DNA from: a virus
Length of the DNA: 64,000 bases
Direction: 5' to 3' (one strand)
IMG/VR virus record: IMGVR_UViG_3300047353_000337
Location: 8,814 to 72,813 of that record
A program made the translations under genes and the position numbers. Positions 29,641-39,374 of the stretch are shown piece after piece (position 1 is the first letter of the stretch; each line of letters opens with the position of its first letter). Below the pieces are notes generated by a model. That model was not told where the DNA came from and ran no database searches. It saw nothing but the letters and a program-made list of their open reading frames with translations.

Positions 29641-29988
29641 ATGGACGAAGCACTAGAAAAAGCATTAGATTTTTCTAATTTTACCTCCACTCTAAATGCA
29701 CAAAAACGTATACTACATGAAAAGTATCTAGGTACTCTTGTAATGTATTCGAATAACGGCAAATTCACAATTACAAAAGAGATATTAAATTTTTGTTTTA
29801 TGTTAGTATCAACAAATATAAACAAAACTATTTTAATTGACGATAATCGCACTCCTATACAAATTGATGATGTTGAGGCTTTTATGTTACAAGCTACACA
29901 ACATTTTACTGATGCAAATAACATGTACTTAGATGAGTACAAAACACTTAGTACTAAACGTAGTGTAGAAGGTTTAGTTGATGAATAA
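29641..29988 (+). CDS. Hypothetical protein (possible fibre assembly factor)
   Basis: 115-aa ORF with AGGAG RBS, first gene of the coupled block. Confidence 0.65.
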   Translation: MDEALEKALDFSNFTSTLNAQKRILHEKYLGTLVMYSNNGKFTITKEILNFCFMLVSTNINKTILIDDNRTPIQIDDVEAFMLQATQHFTDANNMYLDEYKTLSTKRSVEGLVDE

Positions 29989-30805
29989 TGGTGTATTATG
30001 TTTTGCACACAATAACGGAAAAGTAGATTATTTAAAGCAAGCAGATTTTCTTGCAAAACGTGTAAAGCAACATTTAAATTTACCAACTACTTTGGTCACG
30101 TCAACACCTCAAGATATTATTGAAAATAAAGTATTTGACAATGTAATCAAAATACAGGACGACAATAGTAACGTAAAGCGTTATTATAACGGATCCTTTC
30201 ATCATCAACAATTATCATTTAAGAATCATGACAGAATAAAAAGTTATGAATTATCTCCATATGACACTACATTAGTACTTGATACAGATTATGTTATTTG
30301 TAATGATTCTTTTAAACATGCATTTGATAGTACACACAATTTTCAAATATATAAAGATGGTATTGATTTGTGCAACTGGCGTAATTACAAAGAGTTTGAT
30401 TATATTAATGATGCCGGAATTCCTTTCTATTGGGCAACTTGTTTTTGTTTTACAAAAACATCAGAAACAAAAATATTTTTTGATTTATTACAACACCTAG
30501 TAAATAATTGGAAGCACTACGAACAAGTATACAATTTAGGTAGCAGAAACTTTAGAAATGATCATGTGTTTAGCATTGCTATACATATGATGAACGGATT
30601 TACAGATGGTAATTGGGCAAAAACTCTACCAGGTCAAATGTTTTATACACTAGATAAAGATATTGTAAAAACAATTAAAGATAATTCTCTTACGTTTTTG
30701 TTAGAAAAAGAAAATTGTACAGGCGAGTATATACTAGCATCTACTAAAGATTGCAATGTGCATGTTATGAATAAGTTTAGTTTAGGAGAACTTATAAATG
30801 ACTAA
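29981..30805 (+). CDS. GT-A fold (GT8-like) glycosyltransferase
   Basis: ELSPYDTTLVLDTDY DxD motif; RNDHVFSIA. Confidence 0.75.
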   Translation: MNNGVLCFAHNNGKVDYLKQADFLAKRVKQHLNLPTTLVTSTPQDIIENKVFDNVIKIQDDNSNVKRYYNGSFHHQQLSFKNHDRIKSYELSPYDTTLVLDTDYVICNDSFKHAFDSTHNFQIYKDGIDLCNWRNYKEFDYINDAGIPFYWATCFCFTKTSETKIFFDLLQHLVNNWKHYEQVYNLGSRNFRNDHVFSIAIHMMNGFTDGNWAKTLPGQMFYTLDKDIVKTIKDNSLTFLLEKENCTGEYILASTKDCNVHVMNKFSLGELIND

Positions 30806-31595
30806 AGGATATATTATGGTAGCTATGGGCGACGACTATGTACGCCAAGCATATTTGTGTGCTGTGAGTATTAAGAAAACACAGACAATTAACAACGTGT
30901 CAATAGTAACAAGTGATACAGTTCCAGAAGAATATAAAAGTGTGTTTGATAAAATCATTGAAGTACCGTGGCACGACAAAGAGTCAAAGAGTTTTTATAA
31001 AACAGAACACCGTTGGAAAGTATTTCATTTAACTCCTTACGAAGAAACAGTTGTATTAGATACTGATATGTTATTTTTAACAGATGTATCGCATTGGTGG
31101 AAACATTTTGCACAAAAAAGTATAGGGTTTGTTAACAATGTAATAGATTATCGAGGAAACACTATTACAAATGATTATTATAGAAAATCATTTACAGCAA
31201 ATAATTTGCCTAACATTTATTGTGCATTTCATTATTTTAAGAAAGATGATACAGCATTAGAATATTACAAAATTCTAAATAGAGTATGTGGAAATTTTGA
31301 AAAATATTATGAAATATATACACCTAAGCAAACACCTAAACTAAGTAGTATGGATGTAAATCATGCTATTGCATTACTTGATAGTAATATGAACAATTAT
31401 ACTACAAACTTTGGATCGTTTGTACATATGAAAAGCAAAGTGCAAGGCTGGGCAAATCCAACAGATACTTGGACAGATACTGTTCCTTATTATATAAGCA
31501 ATGAATTAAAAGTTGGAAACTATACACAGCACGGAGTTTTTCATTATACTGAGAATAGTTTTTGTGAGGAGATGCTATGCAACATGTTAAAGTAG
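30798..31595 (+). CDS. GT-A fold (GT8-like) glycosyltransferase, paralogue of the previous gene
   Basis: HLTPYEETVVLDTDML; FVHMK; FHY. Confidence 0.78.
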   Translation: MTKGYIMVAMGDDYVRQAYLCAVSIKKTQTINNVSIVTSDTVPEEYKSVFDKIIEVPWHDKESKSFYKTEHRWKVFHLTPYEETVVLDTDMLFLTDVSHWWKHFAQKSIGFVNNVIDYRGNTITNDYYRKSFTANNLPNIYCAFHYFKKDDTALEYYKILNRVCGNFEKYYEIYTPKQTPKLSSMDVNHAIALLDSNMNNYTTNFGSFVHMKSKVQGWANPTDTWTDTVPYYISNELKVGNYTQHGVFHYTENSFCEEMLCNMLK

Positions 31596-32116
31596 ACACT
31601 CCACAATATGTTTGTTTTAATCAAAAGTCTGGAGAAATTTTTAGTATAGGACCTAGCATTGAGCCAGGCTATCAGTATTTTAAAGTTACTGAAGAAGAGA
31701 TTGAGCCTATTAAAACTTTTAAAACAAACATGACTGATTATGTTGTAGCTTACAATCGAGCTGAAAAAGCATTTGTACTTAAAAAAAATATCTATATCGA
31801 ACATGAAGCACAGTTTACACAGATTATGCCTCTAGATGAGTCTGCAATGTATGATTTGCTTTTAACGGTTGACAATAAGGCTAAAAGATGTTATATTAGT
31901 ACAGGTATAGAACTATTAGATACAATGAAAACAACTAACGTAGATTTACAAAAAGAAATTACTTTTAGTTTTACAAAGAAAGGTGATCCGCACATATTAT
32001 ACGATATAGCAACATTTAATATTGCAGATCCAAAAGAAGCAAAAATTAACATAAAAGATGTGTATAGCATCTATGCAAGTAGTGATATGGCAACTTGTAT
32101 GTATAAGGAGTTGTAA
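31577..32116 (+). CDS. Hypothetical protein
   Basis: 179-aa ORF, GAGGAG RBS, coupled on both sides. Confidence 0.65.
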   Translation: MQHVKVDTPQYVCFNQKSGEIFSIGPSIEPGYQYFKVTEEEIEPIKTFKTNMTDYVVAYNRAEKAFVLKKNIYIEHEAQFTQIMPLDESAMYDLLLTVDNKAKRCYISTGIELLDTMKTTNVDLQKEITFSFTKKGDPHILYDIATFNIADPKEAKINIKDVYSIYASSDMATCMYKEL

Positions 32117-33009
32117 TGAAATTAAAAATTGCAGAACAAGATATTGTCTACCTAAGTTACGATGAACCTAATGCTGAAGAAAATTATGCCGACTTATTAA
32201 GTAAAGTGCCGTGGGCAAAACGTGTACACGGAGTTCATGGTAGTGATGCCGCACATAAAGCCTGTGCCGAGTTATGCGAAACTGATAGGTTTATTACAGT
32301 TGACGGAGACAATACTATAGATCAAAAGTTTTTAAATCAAACTATTGATCTTGATGATGGACAAGATTTGACAAAGTGTGTAATTAGTTGGTGTGGCAAA
32401 AATATTATTAATGGACTTACGTATGGCAACGGCGGACTTAAATGCTGGCCAAAAGAATATGTATTAAATATGCGTACTCATGAAAACGCAGATTTAACCA
32501 ACCCACATGCACAAGTAGATTTTTGTTGGGACGCACAATACATTCAAGTAAAAGATGCGTTTAGTACTACACATAACAATGCAACAGCACAACAAGCCTG
32601 GAGAGCAGGATTTCGTGAAGGTGTAAAATTAGCACTTGACAGAGGCGAACGTATATCCAAAGAAGATTTTTTTACAAAGAATCATTATAAGAATTTACAT
32701 ATGTTATATGTATGGATGATGGTTGGTAGTGATGTGCCTAACGGTAATTGGGCTATACTAGGTGCTAGAGAAGGACTTAGTATGACAATGCTTAGTGATT
32801 GGGATTATATACAAGTACGTGACTTTGAATATCTAAATCAATTATGGGGTGGCAGAGATGAAATGCCTGCAGATGTATTACACGATGAAATTTTTAATTA
32901 TGGAAGTGATTTAATTAACCAATTAGAAATACCTATTGCTATACAGCCTTTCAACGAAGAGCAAAGCGAATTTTTTAAAACAGTGTATCAAGGACCACAA
33001 ATAAGATGA
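32116..33009 (+). CDS. Putative GT-A glycosyltransferase
   Basis: DIVYLSYDEPNA...AHKACA...FITVDGDN (DxD)...YGNGGLK...AWRAGFREG. Confidence 0.68.
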   Translation: MKLKIAEQDIVYLSYDEPNAEENYADLLSKVPWAKRVHGVHGSDAAHKACAELCETDRFITVDGDNTIDQKFLNQTIDLDDGQDLTKCVISWCGKNIINGLTYGNGGLKCWPKEYVLNMRTHENADLTNPHAQVDFCWDAQYIQVKDAFSTTHNNATAQQAWRAGFREGVKLALDRGERISKEDFFTKNHYKNLHMLYVWMMVGSDVPNGNWAILGAREGLSMTMLSDWDYIQVRDFEYLNQLWGGRDEMPADVLHDEIFNYGSDLINQLEIPIAIQPFNEEQSEFFKTVYQGPQIR

Positions 33010-34361
33010 CATCATTAGAAGATCCTATTATTGTAAAAACTAAGTTAGACAATGTAGGTTGTGGATTCTGCCTGGCTAAATGGACACAGGTAACTATTCA
33101 TTTAGGATCAGGACTTACACACAGTTGCCATCATGTTAAAGCACATCCAATTGATTTAAATGAGCTTGCAGAAAATCCAGGAGCATTACACAACACTGGA
33201 TTTAAAAAGAACGTAAGAAAGCAAATGCTTAATAACGAGCGACCAAACGAGTGTGATTACTGTTGGCGCATTGAAGATAACACCGGCATGACAAGTGATA
33301 GGGTTTTTAAAAGTAGAGATCCTTTTAGCTGGCCCGATTTTGATGCTATATCTAAGATGACCGGTGATGAAAATTTTTATCCACGTTATGTTGAAGTTAG
33401 TTTTAGTAATGTCTGTAATTTTAAGTGTGGGTATTGTGGTCCTGCATTTAGTAGTAAATGGACTGACGAAATTAAAGAACATGGTCCTTATAAATTTAAA
33501 TATGTTAATTGGAAATATAACCAACCAGATGAATCGCAAAAACAAATACCACAACGAGAAACTAATCCGTACGTTGAAGCATTTTGGAAATGGTTTCCTG
33601 AAGCAGTAACACATATGCATACTTTCCGTATTACAGGTGGCGAACCTTTAATGAGTAAGAATACTAATAAGGTAATAGAATACTTAATTAAAAATCCTCA
33701 GCCTAATTTAGAGTTTGCAATAAACACAAATGCATGCCCCCCAGGAGAAACACAATGGAAGGAATTTGTAGATAGAATTAAAGTTTTAGAAGACAATAAT
33801 TGTATTAAACGATTTGTATTGTTTGTAAGTGCTGAAGGTAAAGGTGCTCAACAAGAATATAACAGATATGGTATGGACTGGACAATGTTTACAGATAATG
33901 TTAAGTATTATCTAAAACAAACACAAGGTAGATGTGTGTTCATGAGTGCGTTTAATGTATTAAGTATTCCTACATTTTTACCTTTTCTAAAATATGTTTT
34001 TAAACTTAAAAGCGGGTATAAAAATGATATTAAAGTAGATATACCTTATGTAAGAAGCCCTGGATTTTTAGATGCTAAAATTGCTACAAAAGATTTAATT
34101 AAAGAATACTTACACCCATGTATTTCCTACATGGAAGAAAATAATTTTGATGACAGAGAAAAGTCTCAGATGAAACGTATTGTAAAAGACTTAGATGTAA
34201 GACATGCTGATTTAGCTAATTGGGAACAAGAGGCTATTGAAGGACGAAGAATGTTTTATGAATGGATACAACAATACGATAAACGTCGAAATGTTAATTT
34301 TTTAGAAGTATTCCCTCAGATGAAAGAGTTTTACGAGGAGTGCAAACAGTGTATGATATAG
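33006..34361 (+). CDS. Radical SAM enzyme with N-terminal twitch/SPASM-like Cys cluster
   Basis: CNFKCGYC, ITGGEP; N-terminal CLAKW...SCHH...ECDYCW. Confidence 0.9.
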   Translation: MTSLEDPIIVKTKLDNVGCGFCLAKWTQVTIHLGSGLTHSCHHVKAHPIDLNELAENPGALHNTGFKKNVRKQMLNNERPNECDYCWRIEDNTGMTSDRVFKSRDPFSWPDFDAISKMTGDENFYPRYVEVSFSNVCNFKCGYCGPAFSSKWTDEIKEHGPYKFKYVNWKYNQPDESQKQIPQRETNPYVEAFWKWFPEAVTHMHTFRITGGEPLMSKNTNKVIEYLIKNPQPNLEFAINTNACPPGETQWKEFVDRIKVLEDNNCIKRFVLFVSAEGKGAQQEYNRYGMDWTMFTDNVKYYLKQTQGRCVFMSAFNVLSIPTFLPFLKYVFKLKSGYKNDIKVDIPYVRSPGFLDAKIATKDLIKEYLHPCISYMEENNFDDREKSQMKRIVKDLDVRHADLANWEQEAIEGRRMFYEWIQQYDKRRNVNFLEVFPQMKEFYEECKQCMI

Positions 34362-35026
34362 TGTTTATAAGCTATTACGAACCAAATGCGGAACAAAATT
34401 TTGACGATTTGTACAGTAGATTTAATACTATTGGTGTATTTGGTGATAGAGTAAAGCGTGTTTCTAATGTCAAAGGCATACACAATGCACATATCGAAGC
34501 GGCTAAACTTGCAAAAACTAGTTACTTTTATGTAGTAGATGGTGATGCAAAGGTCGTACAAGACTTCAAATTTGCTCATACAGCAGAGGAAAGAGATACA
34601 GTACACGTTTACCATAGTAAGAATCCTGTTAACGATTTAACATATGGTTACGGCGGTATAAAACTATTGCCTACTACACTTACACATAACATGGATACAA
34701 CTACTACAGATATGACTACAAGTATTAGTGATAAATTTAAAGTAATAGACGAAGTTAGTAATATTACAGCGTTTGATACAGATGCTTTTAGTACTTGGAA
34801 AAGTGCTTTTAGAGAATGTGCAAAATTATCAAGTAAAACAATAAACAGACAAGACGAGGAGGAAACTAATGCAAGACTTAAAACTTGGACTACTTATGCT
34901 ACTGGAAGTTATAAGCGAGATGCGTTACGAGGTGCTAATGCTGGTATGCAGTTTGGCCTTTCTAACAGCTCTGATCTTAACTTAATAAATGATTTTGATT
35001 GGTTGAAAGGACAATTTAATGAGTAG
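34349..35026 (+). CDS. Putative GT-A glycosyltransferase, paralogue of 32116-33009
   Basis: YDIVFISYYEPNAE...AHIEAA...YVVDGDA...YGYGGIK...WKSAFRE; GTG start at 34349 chosen from GAGGAG spacing. Confidence 0.68.
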   Translation: MYDIVFISYYEPNAEQNFDDLYSRFNTIGVFGDRVKRVSNVKGIHNAHIEAAKLAKTSYFYVVDGDAKVVQDFKFAHTAEERDTVHVYHSKNPVNDLTYGYGGIKLLPTTLTHNMDTTTTDMTTSISDKFKVIDEVSNITAFDTDAFSTWKSAFRECAKLSSKTINRQDEEETNARLKTWTTYATGSYKRDALRGANAGMQFGLSNSSDLNLINDFDWLKGQFNE

Positions 35027-35672
35027 ATTATTTGCTTTTGGATGCAGTCATACTTACGGTGAAGGCCAAATAGACTGTCTTAATAGTCAAGGACCAAATG
35101 GCATAGTAATGGCAGATAAGCCTAGTCAGTATGCTTGGCCAACATTGCTAGGAAAAATGTTAGATAAAAAAGTTGTGAATTTAGGACGCCCTGGGTGTGG
35201 TAACAGATACATATCTCAGCAAATATTAAACACTACTATAGAAAAAGACGACATTATAGTTATATTATGGACAGAGGTCAACAGGTCAACAGTATTTACA
35301 TCCGAGAGTATAGAACTAGCAAAAGTAGCAACGAATATACACCCTACAAGAAATAACAATGTGTGTAAAAACTATTATAAATGGATTCATGATCCGTATA
35401 ATAGTTTTCTTGAATCATTAGAAGCTGTAAATTTAGCAAACTATACCCTACAAGAACATCGTCATGTGTATAATTTTAAAGCTAATTTTAATTCAAAGTT
35501 AGGCGTTAACAAGACTGATATCGAATATGTATATCCTAAATGGAATAAAGTAAATCTAATTAATCAGTCTTTATATTATGTTGATTTTGCATCTGATAAT
35601 GATCATCCCGGACCAGAATCGCAAAAGTTAATTGCTAGAGATATGTTAAAATATGTAAAGGAAACAAATTAG
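35019..35672 (+). CDS. SGNH/GDSL-hydrolase-like protein
   Basis: FGCSHTYG block I, NLGRPGCGN block II, DNDHPG catalytic DxxH. Confidence 0.72.
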   Translation: MSRLFAFGCSHTYGEGQIDCLNSQGPNGIVMADKPSQYAWPTLLGKMLDKKVVNLGRPGCGNRYISQQILNTTIEKDDIIVILWTEVNRSTVFTSESIELAKVATNIHPTRNNNVCKNYYKWIHDPYNSFLESLEAVNLANYTLQEHRHVYNFKANFNSKLGVNKTDIEYVYPKWNKVNLINQSLYYVDFASDNDHPGPESQKLIARDMLKYVKETN

Positions 35673-35674
35673 CT

Positions 35675-36532
35675 ATGATTAACATTGTTGTAACAAGCAA
35701 ACCAGTTGACGGCTTATTCTATTACAGTTATGAATACTGTGATATGCTTAACAAAGCTGGTTATTCTGCACAGGTTGTTGTTATAACACATCGAAACTTT
35801 ACTAAAGAAGATTATCTAGATTCAATTAGCAACAAATATATACATTGTCAAAATATAATTATTGACGATTATGTTCCGGCACTAAATGATATTACACTTA
35901 TTATGGGCCGTAGTATGATGACACTTAGTTGGCAAAGTTTTAATGATTATACAGATATACAAAAACGTATATTATATCGCTTGTTTGATGGTGATATCAT
36001 TAGCGTATATTCTGAAAATCATGTAGATGGTTATCCTAAGGCTGTTAAGTTTTATAATCCTAAACAAATAGTAGACCTTTGCGATACCGAAGTTTATCCT
36101 AATGGCGCTGGCGCTCATTTCGAAAAAACTATTAATTTTAGTATATACAAACCACACAAAGATAACATACAGTTCAAACACTTGTTTTTAGGCACAAACC
36201 CAGAATACTATACTAGTGTTGAAAAAGTTATTGATAATTATCCTGACCATGGGATCTTGACATATGATGAAAAGTATGTTAATATAAAGAATAATAATAT
36301 ATTTGTACCAGTAGAAAATCTTATGAGCTTGTTTGAAACATATGTATACACCAAAGAAACATTCGATCCTGCTCCAAGAATTTTTCAAGAGTGTAAATAC
36401 TATGGAAAAGATGTAGTGTACCTTAGAGATAAAAATATACAAGACGGTGGTAGTGTATATTGGAGGCGTGATTGTAAAGAACCAGATGTAACACCTATTG
36501 TAAAAGTAGTGGAGGAATTAAATGAAAATTAG
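35675..36532 (+). CDS. Hypothetical protein, possibly GT-B glycosyltransferase-like
   Basis: C-terminal YVYTKETFDPAPRIFQECKYYGKDV resembles the GT-B nucleotide-binding motif. Confidence 0.45.
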   Translation: MINIVVTSKPVDGLFYYSYEYCDMLNKAGYSAQVVVITHRNFTKEDYLDSISNKYIHCQNIIIDDYVPALNDITLIMGRSMMTLSWQSFNDYTDIQKRILYRLFDGDIISVYSENHVDGYPKAVKFYNPKQIVDLCDTEVYPNGAGAHFEKTINFSIYKPHKDNIQFKHLFLGTNPEYYTSVEKVIDNYPDHGILTYDEKYVNIKNNNIFVPVENLMSLFETYVYTKETFDPAPRIFQECKYYGKDVVYLRDKNIQDGGSVYWRRDCKEPDVTPIVKVVEELNEN

Positions 36533-36881
36533 GCCAAAGTGTTTAGCATTTGGTGAAAGAGATCGAAAAGGAGCCGCTTACACTAGTGACGGCTTTATGT
36601 TACCTTGTTGCTGGATGGATGATCCTCCTGTATTAAATCATATTATTAAGGCAGGATTAAAAGACCCAGAACTTGCTTTAGCAAATAATGAAAAATTAGA
36701 AGATATCTTTACAAGTGATCAATGGGAAAACTTTTTTCAAAAACTTTACAATGCCCCAGATGAATGTTCGTATATGTGTAAGAAAAAGTGTGGTGTTGAA
36801 CTTACAGAAGATGAGCATAATATTCGTAAACTAGAAGAAAAATTAGAGAGTGTAAAACAACGTGTCGGAAAGAATTACTAA
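36522..36881 (+). CDS. Stand-alone SPASM/twitch-like Fe-S protein
   Basis: PKC...DGFMLPCCW...LEDIF.S..W...CSYMCKKKCG; no CxxxCxxC. Confidence 0.7.
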   Translation: MKIRPKCLAFGERDRKGAAYTSDGFMLPCCWMDDPPVLNHIIKAGLKDPELALANNEKLEDIFTSDQWENFFQKLYNAPDECSYMCKKKCGVELTEDEHNIRKLEEKLESVKQRVGKNY

Positions 36882-37587
36882 TAATTACGTAGAACAACAG
36901 GTATGGTCTAGGCCTAACCTAGACATTTCGCATCGATGTATTTTGAAATGCCCACAGTGTATTCGTCAAAAAATATCTAGTCAAGATCAAATACGTAGAT
37001 CTTTTGATCTAGAAGAAAAAAACTTTCAAAAAATATTAGATTATTATAAAGGTATTACATTTTGCGGACAAATTTCCGACCCTATATATCATCCTAATTT
37101 TTTAAAATTTTTAGAAATGTCTGATGGTAAGCAAGTACGTATTGCTACTAACGGAAGTGGACAATCTTTAGATTGGTGGAAACAAGCATATAGTTACGGT
37201 AAGAACACAAACGCTTGGTACTTTGGTGTAGACGGTATTGATAAAAAGAGCGAACTTTATAGAATTGGATCAAACTTTGAAAATGTCTGGGAAATGATGA
37301 AACTAGGCAGAGACCTCGGGCATACTATTGTTTGGCAGTATATTATATTTGGTTACAACGAACACGAAGTTGACCGTGCTATAGAAATTGCTAAAGAGGA
37401 AAACTTTGCTCTATTATTTGTAAACACAAATAGAGGATTTAATCCTGATAATCCATTGTTAAGAAAGAATGTAGATTTTAAACTTACATCTCCAGATAAA
37501 AAACATTTGCAAGATCGGGTTAAGAAAGAATGGATTGGGCATATGTCAAAAGAACTTGAAAACTGGCGTCGGGCACCATGGAGTTAA
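36862..37587 (+). CDS. Radical SAM enzyme (short, no C-terminal SPASM)
   Basis: CILKCPQC, FCGQISDP, ATNGS, FGVDG, WQYIIFGYNEH. Confidence 0.88.
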   Translation: MSERITNNYVEQQVWSRPNLDISHRCILKCPQCIRQKISSQDQIRRSFDLEEKNFQKILDYYKGITFCGQISDPIYHPNFLKFLEMSDGKQVRIATNGSGQSLDWWKQAYSYGKNTNAWYFGVDGIDKKSELYRIGSNFENVWEMMKLGRDLGHTIVWQYIIFGYNEHEVDRAIEIAKEENFALLFVNTNRGFNPDNPLLRKNVDFKLTSPDKKHLQDRVKKEWIGHMSKELENWRRAPWS

Positions 37588-37591
37588 TATT

Positions 37592-38284
37592 ATGATTGAA
37601 GATTCTCTTTCACGAAGAGCCCATGTATGGAAATACTGTGAAGATGTAATACCTACAGAAGCTGAAATTTTTGAAATACTGCAAACTGCATATCCTCTTG
37701 TTACATCTAAACAAAAAGCATATGCATACAAAGCACATATACTAGGACCTAATAAGGCAAGAAGCAGAAAACTTTGGAATATGTGCGAAGGTAACAAAAT
37801 TCGAACTGACGAAGAAGAATTTGGCGACAGTGACGAAGCCTATAGATCTAACCCAGGACTTTATCATATATTAAGTGCTCCTTACACTATTATATATACT
37901 CCTAGAATAGCACCACCAAACCCTTTTCATAAAGGAAACTTTGAAAGAGAAAAATCAAAATGGCAATTAGAAGATCCAACATTTATTAATACACGTAATA
38001 GATCTTCTAACTCCATAGAAGTTGGTATGCTTGCTAAAACAGTAACCGGTGCTGTATTAGACAGAGGATGGGATTCTTCGTATACAGTTTGTCTTCCTAA
38101 AAATATGGAGGACTGGAAAGATTTCCCCTACATAGATTTTTACCCTGACCTTATACAAACTATTGGAAAAGCTGAAAAATATAAATGGCAGTTCTATCAT
38201 CCAGAAAGATTAAAAACAGATACTGATGCTCCATTTGAAGATATTTTTAATTTTGTTGATAATAGTCAAAGGAACACAGCATGA
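37592..38284 (+). CDS. Nitroreductase-fold (FMN-binding) protein
   Basis: LSRRAHVWKY, TSKQKAY.Y, SAPY, IEVGM...GWDSSY; start set at ATG 37592. Confidence 0.65.
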   Translation: MIEDSLSRRAHVWKYCEDVIPTEAEIFEILQTAYPLVTSKQKAYAYKAHILGPNKARSRKLWNMCEGNKIRTDEEEFGDSDEAYRSNPGLYHILSAPYTIIYTPRIAPPNPFHKGNFEREKSKWQLEDPTFINTRNRSSNSIEVGMLAKTVTGAVLDRGWDSSYTVCLPKNMEDWKDFPYIDFYPDLIQTIGKAEKYKWQFYHPERLKTDTDAPFEDIFNFVDNSQRNTA

Positions 38285-39354
38285 CAGCATATGATGCTTG
38301 GGATAGAGAATATCAAGAAAACAAACAAGACTATTTAGAAGTGTTTGATCGTTTTATGAGTCAAACAAATTATGAAAATAATGAGGACTTTGAAAGTGGT
38401 TTTGCTGAACGTGTTGGGCGTAAACATTGTGTTAGTGTAGCAAGTGCTACAGACGCTCTTCATTTTACACTACTAGCACACAACATTGGTCTAGGCGACG
38501 AAGTGCTAGTAACAAATTTTAGTTGGATTTCAAGTTCAGCTTGTGCTAGTATGGTAGGCGCTGTTCCTGTGTTCTGTGACATTGATTTAGATTCATATCA
38601 CATTAGTTTAGATAGTGTTAAACGTATGTACAGTGATAAAGTAAAAGCAATAATTTATCCACATCTATTTGGTAACATGACTGATACTACAGAGCTACAA
38701 CAATTTTGTAAAGACAAAGATATATTGTTTATTGAAGATGCCGCACAAAGTTTGGGTAGTAGTTTACATAATATAAAAGCAGGTACTATTGGAGATTGTT
38801 CAGTATATAGTTTTAACTCAAATAAAGTTATTGCTGGCATCAATGGTGGCGGAGTTGTATTAACAGATAACGAAGATATTGCTCGTCGCGTAAAAATGAT
38901 TAGACGCCATGGCAAAGACAAAGACTTTAGTATACTAGGATATAACAGTCGTATGTATGTGTTAAATGCAGAAATTATTAATTTAAGATTAAGACATACT
39001 GAACGTAATCAAGAACGCAGACAACAAATAGCACAAGAATACAATACAGCATTTAGTAATTTACCTGTGGTAACACAAACAATGTCAAATGGGCTTAACC
39101 ATAACTACCACAAATATGTAGTCCGTTTCAAAGACAAAGACACAAGGAAACGTGTAAAAACTGCTCTAAGTGCCAGTATACACTACGAAACACCTTTAAG
39201 TGCTAATAGTATGTACGATAGTATAGAACACAGGAGAGACGATTGTATGCAATCTAAAACGGCATCTGATACTGTTTTGTCGTTGCCCATTCATGCTTGG
39301 CTTACTGAGGATGAAGTAATAAGTATTATTAACAATGTAAAAAATGCTTTATAG
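38281..39354 (+). CDS. DegT/DnrJ/EryC1/StrS PLP-dependent sugar aminotransferase
   Basis: SATDAL, GDEVLV, HLFG, IEDAAQSLG, SFNSNK (PLP Lys), GYNSRM, LSLPIH. Confidence 0.93.
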   Translation: MTAYDAWDREYQENKQDYLEVFDRFMSQTNYENNEDFESGFAERVGRKHCVSVASATDALHFTLLAHNIGLGDEVLVTNFSWISSSACASMVGAVPVFCDIDLDSYHISLDSVKRMYSDKVKAIIYPHLFGNMTDTTELQQFCKDKDILFIEDAAQSLGSSLHNIKAGTIGDCSVYSFNSNKVIAGINGGGVVLTDNEDIARRVKMIRRHGKDKDFSILGYNSRMYVLNAEIINLRLRHTERNQERRQQIAQEYNTAFSNLPVVTQTMSNGLNHNYHKYVVRFKDKDTRKRVKTALSASIHYETPLSANSMYDSIEHRRDDCMQSKTASDTVLSLPIHAWLTEDEVISIINNVKNAL

Positions 39355-39374
39355 ATTGAAATTAAGGAATCAAC

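Noticed and set aside
29490-30086. 198-aa antisense ORF
   Set aside because: Overlaps three well-supported + strand genes; no recognisable motif
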